From NCBI RefSeq assembly GCF_004010195.1, contig NC_057754.1, forward strand, positions 12,571,553 to 12,595,530: a stretch of DNA of 23,978 bases, in the 5' to 3' direction. Within the stretch, counting starts at the first letter, position 1, and every line of letters starts with the position of its first letter. Below are positions 10,658 to 21,171 of this stretch, piece by piece. A program made the position numbers and the translations under genes. The DNA comes from Chiloscyllium plagiosum. Lineage: Eukaryota. Below the pieces are notes generated by a model, which had not been told where the DNA came from, did not search any database, and saw only the letters and a list, made by a program, of their open reading frames with translations.

Positions 10658-10849
10658 CCTCCGGGTGCTCCGGTTTCCTCCCACAGTCCAAAGATGTGCA
10701 GGTCAGGTGAATTGGCCATGCTAAATTGCCCGTAGTGTTAGGTAAGGGGTAAATGTAGGGGTATGGGTGGGTTGCGCTTCGGCAGGGCGGTGTGGACTTG
10801 TTGGGCCGAAGGGCCTGTTTCCACATTGTAAGTAATCTAATCTAATCTA
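10658..10849 (+). mobile_element. HE1-type V-SINE, 5'-truncated
   Basis: Starts inside the V-domain (CCTCCGGGTGCTCCGG), same tail as 7635-7957; possible TSD TACCAAT at 10646-10652 / 10848-10854. Confidence 0.92.
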
Positions 10850-10942
10850 CCAATGATTAGCAGTACACCCCGACTGAAGCTGCATTGTTGCTTTTCACTG
10901 ACAGCAGTGAATTGGCGAGTGTGGGACTGGAATATTGCTGCT

Positions 10943-13670
10943 TAGAGTCATAGGGACGTACAACACAGAAACAGACCCTTCGGTCCTACCCGTCCATACC
11001 GACCAGTTAACCCAACCCAATCTAGTCCCACCTGCCAGTACCCAGCCCATATCCCTCCAAACCCTTCCTATTCATATAACCAAATGCCTTTTAAATGTTG
11101 CAATTGTACCAGCCTCCACGGAGGAGAAAGTGAGGTCTGCAGATGCTGGAGATCAAAGTTGAAACTTTATTGCTGTGTACCAGCCTCCACCACTTCCTCT
11201 GGCAGCTGATTCCATACACGCACCACCCTCTGTGTGAAAAAGTTGTCCCTTAAGTCCCTTTTATATATTTGCCGTCTTACCCTAAACCTATGCTCTCTCG
11301 TTCTGGACTTCCCCAACCCAGGGAAAACACTTTGTCTATTTATCCTATCCATGCCTCTCCTAATTTTGTAAACCTCTCTAAGGTCATCCCTCAGCCTCCG
11401 ATGCTCCAGAGAAAACAGCCCCAGCCTGTCCAGCCTCTCCCTATAGCTCAAATCCTCCAACGCTGCCAACATCCTTGTAAATCTTTTCTGAACCCTTTCA
11501 AGTTTCACAACATCTTTCCAAAAGGAAGGAGACCAGAATTGCATGCAATATTCCAAAAGTGGTCTAACCAATTTCCTGTACAGCCACAACATGACCTCCC
11601 AACTCCTGAACTCAGTACTCTGACCAATAAAGGAAAGCATACCTTCTTCACTATCTACCTGCAACTCCACTTTCAAGCTATGAACCTGCACTGAAATGAC
11701 AAAAAGAGGAGCACCCAGAACCAATCCTTGTGGCACTCCATTGGTTACAGGCCTCCAGTCTGAAAAACAACTCTCCACTACCACCCTCTGTCTTCTACCT
11801 TTGAGCCAGTTCTGTATCCACATGGCTAGTTCTCCCTGTATTCTGTGAGATCTAACCTTGCTAAACAGTTTCCCATGGGGAACCTTGTCAAATGCCTTCC
11901 TGAAGTCCATATAGACCACATCTACCACTCTGCCCTCATCAATCCTCTTTGTTACTTCTTCAAAAAACTCAATCAAGTTTGTGAGACACGATTTCCCATA
12001 CAAAAATCCATGTTGACTATCCCAAATCAGTCCTTGCCTTTCCAAATACATGTACATCCTGTCCCTCAGGATTCCCTCCAACAACTTGCCCACCACCAAT
12101 GTCAGGCTCACTGGTCTGTAGTTCCCTGGCTTGTCCTTACCACCCTTCTTAAACAGTGGCATCACGTTTGCCAACCTCCAGTCTTCCGGCACCTCACCTG
12201 TGACTATCAATGATGCAAATATCTCATCAAGGGGCCCAGCAATCACTTCCCGAGCTTCCCACAGACTTCTAGGGTACACCTGATCAGGTTCTGGAGATTT
12301 ATCCACCTTTATGCATTTCACGACATCCAACACTTCCTCCTCTGTAATATGGACATTTTTCAAGATGTCACCATCTATTTCCCTACGTTCTATATCTTCC
12401 ATGTCCTTTTCCACAATAAATACCGATGCAAAATACTTGTTTAGTGTCTCCTCCATTTTCTGCAGCTCCACACAAAGGCAGCCTTGCTGATCTTTGAGGG
12501 CCCCTATTCTCTCCTTAGTTACCCTTTTGTCCTTAATGTATTTGTAAAAACTCTTTGGATTCTCTTTAATTCTATTTGCCATAGCTATCTCATGTCCCCG
12601 TTTTGCCCTCCTGATTTCCCTATTAAGTATATTCCTACTCCCTTTTTACTCTTCTAAGGATTCACTCGATCTACCCTGTCTATACCAGACATATGCTTCC
12701 TTCTTTTTCTTAACCAAACCCTTAGTTTCTTTCGTCATCCAGCATTCTCTATACCTACCAGCCTTTCCTTTCACCCTAACAGAATATACTTTCTCTGGAT
12801 TCTTGTTATCTCATTTCTGAAGACTTCCCATTTTCCAGCCGTCCCTTTAGCTGTGAACATCTGCCCCCAGTCAGCTTTTGAAAGTTCTTGCCTAATACCG
12901 TCAAAATTGGCCTTTCTCCAATTTAGAACTTCAACTTTTAGATCTGGTCTATTCTTTTCCATCACTATTTCAAATCTAATAGAATTTGGTCGCTGGCCCC
13001 AATGTGCTCCCCCACTGACACCTCAGTCACCTGCTCTGCCTTATTTCCCAAGACTAAGTAAAGTTTTGCACCTTCTCTGGTAGGAACATCGACATACTGA
13101 ATCAGAAAATTTTCTTGTACACACTTAACAAATTCCTCTCCATCTAAACCCTTCACACTATGGCAGTCCCAGTCGATGTTTGGAAAGTTAAAATCCTCTA
13201 CCTTAACCACCCTATTATTCTTACAGATAATGAAATCTTCTTACAAATTTGCTTCTCAATTTCCCACTGACTATTATGGGGTCTCTAACACAATCCCCAT
13301 AAGGTGATAATCCCTTTCTTATTTCTCAGTTCCACACAAATAACTTCCCTGGATGTATTTTTGGGAATATCCTCCCTCAGTACAGCTGTAATGCTATCCC
13401 TTATAAAAACACCACTCCCCCTCCTCTCTTGCCTCCCTTTCTATCCTTCCTGTAGCATTTGTATCCTGGAACATTAAGTTGCCAGTCCTGTCATTCTGAG
13501 CCATGTTTCTGCAATTGCTATGATATCCCAGTCACATGTTCCTAACCATGCCCTGAGTTCATCTGCCTTCCCTGTTAAGCCCCTTGCATTGAAATAAATG
13601 CAGTTTAATTTATTAGTCCTACCTTGTCCCTGCCTGCCCTGACTGTTTGACTCGCTTCTGTTCTCAACTT
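10943..13670 (-). mobile_element. CR1-type LINE ORF2 (APE to 3' end), with RT catalytic segment deleted
   Basis: NCIYFNARGL, DFNFPNIDW, PGNYRPVSLT, QHGF, FRKAFDKVPH, GVPQG, RPLLEYCMQFWSP; 3' tail CTATGACTCTAA; FADD segment absent. Confidence 0.93.
11120..11175 (-). mobile_element. 56-bp Penelope-like 3' end insertion within CR1
   Basis: 15-bp TSD TGTACCAGCCTCCAC (11105-11119, 11176-11190); GAAAGTGAGGTCTGCAGATGCTGGAGATCA matches 6221-6250. Confidence 0.8.
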
Positions 13671-13818
13671 CTCTGCTTTTTTCCCCGTGTTGTTCCGTAT
13701 GGGGCTGAGGAAAATGAATCATTATCGGGTTTGTTTGAAAACAAGAACATTAGGTGTCTAATGTTTCAAGAGTAAGAATACAATCAGTTATTTATGTTGT
13801 GATTCTGGTATAAGATGC

Positions 13819-13912
13819 CTGAAGAAGGGCTTATGCCTGAAATGTCGATTCTCCTGTTCCCTGGATGCTGCCCGACCTGCTGCGCTGTTCCAGCAACACA
13901 TTTTCAGCTCAG
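13819..13912 (+). mobile_element. Short Penelope-like insertion beginning with a minimal hammerhead motif
   Basis: CTGAAGA-A-GGGC-TTAT-GCCT-GAAA-TG-TC (13819-13846); reverse complement of ~6251-6340; 12-bp duplication ATAAGATGCCTG (13810-13821, 13913-13924). Confidence 0.75.
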
Positions 13913-14029
13913 ATAAGATGCCTGGGTCAACCTGTACCAGATATTCCCAGAACAATCAATAATTGGAGAATATTTTCTCGCTGACAGTATCCCCATTGAC
14001 AGGCTGGAAATGTGTGAAAAGAAATCAGT

Positions 14030-14303
14030 AAAGATTATGGGAACATAGGAAGAGGACTACGCCATTCCTCCCCTTGGACCTATTCTGCCATTTAAAGAAA
14101 CCATGGTTGATCTGAGACGTAACCACATTCACCTGTCTTTGGCCCATAACCCTTAATATTAGAAGTTAACAGATTTAAAGTTAATAAATGATCCAGTGTC
14201 CACTGCTGTGTATATAAGAGTTCCAAACATCTGACAAACCCTATGTGTAGAAGTGCTTCCGAACATGCACCTTGAATGGTCTGGTCGTAATTCTTAGATT
14301 ATG
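14030..14303 (-). mobile_element. Old CR1-type LINE 3' fragment
   Basis: Minus strand ...ggaagcacttctacacatagggttt...gggttatgggccaaagacaggtg...gatcaaccatgg...aatggcagaatagg...cttcctatgttcc, a typical CR1 3' end. Confidence 0.7.
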
Positions 14304-15329
14304 GGCCATATCAACTCAGGAATGTTTGGTGAACAGCCGAAGGTGCTGACTAAATGCTCCTCACAGTCTGAGGTGTAAAAAATCCTGTAAGATCCCAAAA
14401 CCTGGGCGTCACCAACTTCAAGCTTCAGACTGCAGCTCCTGAAATAGCAATTGTTACTGTCAATGTTACCCTTCCTAAATACAGGCTGGGACTTTCATTG
14501 TGGAGAGATGGGGACAGTCTGATCCCAGTCACTGCGAACACATCCATATCACCAGGAACCAGCCCTATGTATGGATACATAAAAAGTGATTCTGCAGCCT
14601 ACCTGCTATTTTTTCCATTTTAATTGCAGTGTCATTTGTGTTTCTCTTTAGAAACACAAACAGACCAAGCAGAATGGAGACTTTCTCTGCTGTAATCAGG
14701 TTCTATACTACCATTATTGCTTTAAGTATTGGTCGAGTAATTCAGGCTCTGGGTTTAAAGGCCAATGGGTACACATCCTGTCACATTGTTTCTCACCATG
14801 TTCAAACTTTAACCAAAGTGTCCACAGAATTAATTCGCCAACATCTGGAATAAATGCTTCCAAACAATCATGAGGAATTTCGGTTTAATGGGCCTTAAAT
14901 TAGGAGGAAGGGGAGTTAGCCTCGAGTCTGTTTAATGTGGAGATGTGTCCCTTGTAAACTGATAGTGGTTGGTCATCCCAATGCAGGACTGCCTGACCCT
15001 CAAGGAGGCTTCTTTAACAAATTGACTCCGGGGCTTCTGGCTCCACCGTGGTGTCATAGGGCATACGCTGTGATGGCCTGCGGCTGATGTGACATTGTAT
15101 TGCTGCTGGCCCCTGGAATATGAATAAGAATTGGGTCACGTGGTACTGAACCATTCAATGAAATGTTATTCCATCTCCAGGGAATTATATTTGTGCATTG
15201 TTCTGACAGGCATTTCCAGGTCTGGCTTCAAGTTAAACAACTGCTCTGCTTCTGTATTTTTATTTACGATATTCATGATGCTTCTTTTTTGGTGAAGTAT
15301 TGAGAAATATTGTGTCTTGATAGCTGAGT

Positions 15330-15648
15330 GGACGGCACGGTGGCACAGTGGTTAGCACTGTTGCCTCATAGCGCCAGAGACCCGGGTTCAATTCCCGCCT
15401 CAGGCGACTGACTGTGTGGAGTTTGCACGTTCTCCCCGTGTCTGCGTGGGTTTCCTCCGGGTGCTCCAGTTTCCTCCCACAGTTCCAAAGATGTGCAGGT
15501 CAGGTGAATTGGCCATGCTAAATTGTCCATAGTGTTAGGTAAGGGGTAAATGTAGGGGTATGGGTGGTTTGCGCTTCAGCGATTCGGTGTGGACTTGTTG
15601 GGCCGAAGGGCCTGTTTCCACACTGTAAAGTAATCTAATCTAATCTAA
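15330..15648 (+). mobile_element. HE1-type V-SINE, full length
   Basis: Near-identical to 7635-7957: A/B boxes, V-domain, (TAATC)n tail. Confidence 0.93.
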
Positions 15649-16056
15649 ACATAACCGAATTGTGATCATGATCACCAAAGTGCTCACCTACCTCCAAATC
15701 TAACACCTGGCTTTGTTCCTTTCCTAATACCAAATGCAAAGTGGCCTCGCCTCTTGTTGACCTATCTACATAGTCTGTGTCAGGAAATGCTCCTGCACAC
15801 ATTTGGTGAAAACTGACCCATTTAAACTAATCGAACAATACCGTTTCCATTCGTTTCCATTCAATATTTGGAAAGTTAAAGCCCCCATAATAACTACCTT
15901 GTTACATTCACTCCACCAGTATCATCTTTGCAGTACTTTCCTCTACATGTCTGGAACTTTTCAGAGACCTATAGAAAACTCCCAACAGTGTGACCTCTCC
16001 TTTCCGGTTTCTAACCTTAGCCTATACTACCTCAAGAGATGAGTCCTCATCAAACG
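15649..16056 (-). mobile_element. CR1-type LINE endonuclease fragment
   Basis: Reverse complement matches ~3600-4000 (gaggactcatct...aaggttagaaac...gaggtcacac; gagcactttggtgat). Confidence 0.8.
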
Positions 16057-16292
16057 TTCTAACAGATGAAAGGCTTAACAGACAATCAATTTTTCAATGT
16101 ATAATTTCAGTTACATCACACTGCAAATTTTTGCTATAAATTCTGTGTTACGATTGAGCCCTCCACTATCACCTGATGAAGGAGCATCGCTCTGAAAGCT
16201 AGTGTGCTTCCAATTAAACCTGTTGGACTCTAACCTGGTGTTGTGTGATTTTTAACTTTGTACACCCCAGTCCAACACCGGCATCTCCAAAT
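16057..16292 (+). repeat. 5' pseudo-LTR of the PLE
   Basis: Direct repeat of 19101-19336 with 5 substitutions counted by eye; TATAAA at 16135-16140; ORF ATG follows at 16294. Confidence 0.92.
16170..16204 (+). ncRNA. Minimal type I hammerhead ribozyme motif (5' copy)
   Basis: CAC-CTGATGA-A-GGAGC-ATC-GCTCT-GAAA-GC-TA-GTG. Confidence 0.7.
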
Positions 16293-16293
16293 C

Positions 16294-18521
16294 ATGACTA
16301 CTATCGACACCACTAACCGCCGGCTTAAAGTGGAGAGGATCTCCAAGAAGATTGCACATATCGACACAGACATCAAGTTTCTACAGGAATGCAGACAAGC
16401 AGGAAAGATCCCAAAGGATTACGGATCACGAACCCACTTAGGTTGATCTACAACACAGACTATGAGAGAGACTTTGCCACCGCACCTCTCGTAAACTTCT
16501 CAATCATCTCATGCACCAACTCTACAGCAGGCGCCGCAACCTTGAAATTCAGATGGAGTCCACACTCACAGCCTGCACACAGGATACATCGGTACAATTA
16601 TGTGACATTGCCAAACAGACAAGGCAACAAAACTACACTGCGTACAATGCACGCCAAGAACAAAAAAACTGGAGAAACTTGGCATTCTTACCAGTAATAG
16701 CAAAGCCCGCCCTGGAACCACAGTAGACAACATTATCACTCTGGGGAAGTCTATTGTCAACCTATTGGACCACATCCTTCGACCGGAAGAGACTGAAGTC
16801 CTGAGTAGGGGTCTCAAGTTCTGCCCCACCACCAAAATGGACCCATTAGTTCTGGAAGCAGACACAGAGGAGTTCATTAGACAAATGAGACTCCGGGAAT
16901 TCTTTCAAGGTGCCGGTAGTGATCCCACTGAGCCCACTGATGAACGAGAACAGTCATCACAGGGATCTGTAGAGGAGCGACCAAAGAAGGTGTCAACATG
17001 GACCCCACCGGAGGGCCGCTGCTCTGGGCTTGACATGTATGCTCAAACTGTCAGGAAATATATAAATGCCAGATTCATCAGCCGTACCCACAAGGTAGAG
17101 CAAAACATCACCCGTTCACAACGCAATGCCATCCAGGCACTCAAAACCAATGACAACATTGTCATCAAACCAGCAGATAAAGGAGGAACCATTGTCATTC
17201 AGAATAGAACAGATTACTGCAAGGAAGTGTACCGACAACTGAACAACCAGGAACACTACAGGCAACTGCCAGCTGATCCGACCAAAGAACACACTCGAGA
17301 ATTAAACACACTGATCAGAACTTTGGATCCAGTCCTTCAGAGTTCCCTATGCGCCCTCATCCCACGTACTTCTCGTGTAGGCGACTACTACTGCCTTCCA
17401 AAAGTACATAAAGCCAACACACCGGGACGTCCCATCGTGTTGGGCAATGGGACCGTAAGTGAGAATCTCTCCGGCTATGTGGAAGGCATCTTGAAACCTA
17501 TTGTACAGGGGATCTCCAGCTTCTGTCGCGACACTACAGATTTCTTACGGAAAATCAGCACCCACGGACCAGTCAAACCGGGAACATTCCTCGTCACAAT
17601 GGACATTTCCGCACTTGACACCAGCATCCCCCACAAGGATGGCATCGCGACAACAGCCTCAGTACTCAACACCAACAACTGACAGTTCCAAACAGCATCC
17701 TACAACTCATCCGCTTTATCCTCGATCATAACATCTTCACCTTTGACAACCAATTCTTCATCCAGACACATGGAACAGCCATGGGGACCAAATTTGCACC
17801 CCAATATCCCAACATTTTTTTGCACAGGTTCGAACAAGATTTCTTCTCTATGCAGGATCTCCAACCAACATTGTTCACCAGGTACATTGATGACATTTTC
17901 TTCATCTGGACCCATGGCGAGGAGTCACTGATAAAACTACACAGTGACATCAACAAGTTTCATCCCACCATCAAACTTACCTTGGACTACTCTCGACTGT
18001 CTGTCTCATTCTTGGACATGTGCGTCTCCATCAAGGATGGACACCACATCACCATACTCTACCGCAAACCCACAAACTACCTCACAATGCTACACTTCTC
18101 CAGCTTCCACCCAAAACATTTTAAAACAGCCATTCCCTATGGACAAGCCCTACGCACACACCGGATCTGCTCAGATGAGGAGGAATGTGATGGACACCTG
18201 AAAGTACTCAAGGATGCCCTCACAAGAACGGGGTACGATGTTCAACTCATCGACCGCCAGTTCCAATGTGCCGCAGCAAGGAACCGTAATGACCTCCTCA
18301 GGAGACAGACACGTGCTGCAACTGACAGGGTACCCTTCGTTGTTCAGTACTTCCCAGGAGCTGAAAAATTACGCCATGTTCTTCGCGACCTGCAACACAT
18401 TATCAATGAGGATGAGCACCTCACCAAGACCTTCCCCACACCTCCACTACTTGCCTTTAAACAACCGCTAAACCTCAAACAGATTGTTGTTCGTAGCAAG
18501 CTGCCCGGCTCTCAGGACAAC
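16294..18521 (+). pseudogene. PLE reverse transcriptase ORF, frameshifted; runs into the gap
   Basis: FLQECRQAGKIPK, LSRGLKFCPT, IKPADKGG, YCLPKVHK, GRPIV, TMDISALDTSIPH, GTAMGTKFAP, RYIDDIF, LYRKPT, AIPYGQALR; frameshifts near 16420-16680 and a stop/shift near 17680. Confidence 0.92.
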
Positions 18522-18998
18522 NNNNNNNNNNNNNNNNNNNNNNNNNNNNNNNNNNNNNNNNNNNNNNNNNNNNNNNNNNNNNNNNNNNNNNNNNNNNNNN
18601 NNNNNNNNNNNNNNNNNNNNNNNNNNNNNNNNNNNNNNNNNNNNNNNNNNNNNNNNNNNNNNNNNNNNNNNNNNNNNNNNNNNNNNNNNNNNNNNNNNNN
18701 NNNNNNNNNNNNNNNNNNNNNNNNNNNNNNNNNNNNNNNNNNNNNNNNNNNNNNNNNNNNNNNNNNNNNNNNNNNNNNNNNNNNNNNNNNNNNNNNNNNN
18801 NNNNNNNNNNNNNNNNNNNNNNNNNNNNNNNNNNNNNNNNNNNNNNNNNNNNNNNNNNNNNNNNNNNNNNNNNNNNNNNNNNNNNNNNNNNNNNNNNNNN
18901 NNNNNNNNNNNNNNNNNNNNNNNNNNNNNNNNNNNNNNNNNNNNNNNNNNNNNNNNNNNNNNNNNNNNNNNNNNNNNNNNNNNNNNNNNNNNNNNNNN
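18522..18998. other. Assembly gap (477 N)
   Basis: Run of N. Confidence 1.
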
Positions 18999-19100
18999 AT
19001 ATTGTCTAGCTGCCACCATTGTTAACAGCTAACCCGAGAATGCAACTTTTAAAAAAAGGTTTTGTGATTTACACATGAAAGAAGTGAAACTATCACTGTA

Positions 19101-19336
19101 TTCTAACAGATGAAAGGCTTAACAGACAATCAATTTTTCAATGTATAATTTCAGTTACATCACACTGCAAATTTTTGCTATAAATTCTGTGTTACGATCG
19201 AGCCCTCCACTATCACCTGATGAAGGAGCGTCGCTCCGAAAGCTAGTGTGCTTCCAATTAAACCTGTTGGACTATAACCTGGTGTTGTGAGATTTTTAAC
19301 TTTGTACACCCCAGTCCAACACCGGCATCTCCAAAT
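19101..19336 (+). repeat. 3' pseudo-LTR of the PLE (portion shared with the 5' copy)
   Basis: Direct repeat of 16057-16292, offset 3044. Confidence 0.92.
19214..19248 (+). ncRNA. Minimal type I hammerhead ribozyme motif (3' copy, perfect stem II)
   Basis: CAC-CTGATGA-A-GGAGC-GTC-GCTCC-GAAA-GC-TA-GTG; palindromic AGCT in place of helix III. Confidence 0.75.
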
Positions 19337-20430
19337 TATGTAAAGTTGAGATGTGAAGATTCAGTTAGGGTGGTTGGGATGATCTAAACTCTGGTTTCCA
19401 GCATCTGCAGTCCTCACTTTTGCCTGGTTGAAAGTTACAAGTAACCCAGGAAAGACCTAAATGGAGAGAGCTAAGAAGAGCCAGGAGGGGACACGAGAAG
19501 ACTTTGGCAGGCAGGATCAAGGAAAACCTTTGTTTTACTTGTCAGCAGTAAAAGAATGACTGGAATAAGATTAGGGCCCGTCAAGGACAGTTGTGGGAAG
19601 TTGTGCAAGGAGTCCAAAGAGATAGAAGAGGAACAGGGAAAAGATAATGTTGTCGAGGAGAATACTGAGATGCATGCTTTTAGACTCGACAGGGTTGAGG
19701 TTCATAAGGATGTAGTGTTAGCATTGCTGGAAAGTGTGAAAATAAACAAGTCTCCTGGGTTGAGTGAGATTTATCCTAGGATTCTCTGGGAAGCTAGGGA
19801 GGAGATTGCAGAACTTTTAACTTTGATCTTTGTGTCATCATTGTCGACAGAGATCGTGCCAGAAGACTAGAGGATAGCACATGTTGTCCCCTTATTCAAA
19901 AAGGGGAGTGGAGACAACCTTGGTAATTGTAGACCAGTGAGCCTTACTTTGGTTGTGGGTAATGTGTTGGAAAGGAATGTCAGAGATAGGATTCATAATC
20001 GTCCAGAAAGGAATAATTTTATTAAGGATAGTCAACACAGTTTTGTGAAAGGTAAGTCGTGCCTCACAAACCTTATTGACTTCTTTGAGAAGGTGACCAA
20101 ACAGATGTACGTAGGTTAAAGCAGTTGATGTGGTTTAAATGAATCTCAATAAAGCATTTGATAAATTTCCACATGGTAGGTTATCTCAGAAAATACGGAA
20201 GCATGGGATTGAGGGTGATTTAGCAGTTTGGATCAGAAATTGGCTAGCTGAAAGAAGACAGAGGGTAATGGTTGATGGGAAAAGTTCATCCTGTAGTTCA
20301 GTTACTATTAGTGTACCACAAGGATCACTTTTGGGGACACTGATGTTTGTCATGTTTATAAATGACCTGGATGAGGCCGTAGAAGGATAGGTTAGTAAAT
20401 TTGCGGATGACACTAAAGTCAGTGGAACTT
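19336..20430 (+). mobile_element. CR1-type LINE fragment (linker + RT up to FADD), cut by the ERV LTR
   Basis: KSPG...IYPRILWEAREEIAE, KGKSCLTNLIDFFE, KAFDKFPH, VPQGSLLG, KFADDTKV. Confidence 0.9.
19377..19424 (+). mobile_element. 48-bp Penelope-like 3' end insertion within CR1
   Basis: TCCAGCATCTGCAGTCCTCACTTT is the reverse complement of 6222-6245; 6-bp TSD TGGTTG (19371-19376, 19425-19430). Confidence 0.7.
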
Positions 20431-20434
20431 TGAA

Positions 20435-21114
20435 TGAAGATCTGGATACTCCGGGGGGGGGGGGGTCTCTGTTCTGCACTCAGTCAATAAACACTAGCAA
20501 TTCAGTCTGGTTTTGTAAGATTTCACACTTTATTCAATCTTGGCTGGGCACAGGTTGTCCAGTAATACAGAAGTTAAACACTTCCGTGTTCCTCGGAGAA
20601 ACTGTGCAATTGGCTAAAGACAAAGACATTTTTATACTTCTTTTGAGATAAGTACAGGCCATAATCACAGAGCACATTCAAACAATTACCAATCAATTTT
20701 AATGAAATGACTTTGTTGACAGCAACTTAGTCTAATGATTGTTCATGGGAACCAACCTTGTTTTCCAACATCCAAGTACTCCTAACTTGCGAACCTAGTC
20801 TCTGCACCTGTACTTGCAAGGTCAGTTAGGATGGCTAGTAATGTCATATCTAGTCTAGTTATTTCTACGCTGTAAAGGAAGCATTGTCTGCTAATCTTTG
20901 TTGAGACAGACTGTAGTTAGTTCAGTTTCAGCCGGGTTAAAAGCCATAGAATCAGCTTTAAGCAGAATTGTTCATTTGCAGCCTAGAAGCCATTTTGTCA
21001 TATTATTTGCATTAAAAAGCCATTTTATTGCTGTCTATAGTAAGAGCATGTATTAAATGGTTGTTTCTTACTACAACTAGCTTCTTCAACCTGTGTTCTG
21101 ATTTCAGATCCTCA
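20435..21114 (-). mobile_element. Endogenous retrovirus 3' LTR (680 bp)
   Basis: TG...CA ends with a 9/10 inverted repeat (TGAGGATCTG / CAGATCTTCA on minus); TATAAAA at 20636-20630; AATAAA at 20534-20529; PPT directly upstream. Confidence 0.85.
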
Positions 21115-21126
21115 TCTCCCCTCTTT
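21115..21126 (-). other. Polypurine tract
   Basis: AAAGAGGGGAGA immediately 5' of the LTR's TG on the minus strand. Confidence 0.8.
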
Positions 21127-21171
21127 GGTCATTCCAAGACGACACCATAGGAAGGGAGGCCAGTGACTAGA

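Larger units (their letters stand above)
16057..19336 (+). mobile_element. Penelope-like element (PLE), near full length, partial-tandem pseudo-LTR structure
   Basis: PLE-type RT ORF between 236-bp direct repeats that lack TG...CA ends and carry hammerhead motifs. Confidence 0.93.

Noticed and set aside
14629..14853. Plus-strand exon candidate after TTTCTCTTTAG
   Set aside because: Good acceptor but no convincing donor and no recognisable peptide.
16238..16270. Possible PLE intron ending TTTAAC...CCCCAG
   Set aside because: Acceptor-like, but no convincing donor at a workable distance.
17781..19032. Long ORFs of 414, 183 and 182 aa crossing 18522-18998
   Set aside because: Lengths are inflated by the N gap; only the PLE RT part before 18521 is real.
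16057..19336. Reading the direct repeats as LTRs of an LTR retrotransposon
   Set aside because: No TG...CA ends, PBS, gag or integrase; RT motifs are PLE-type.
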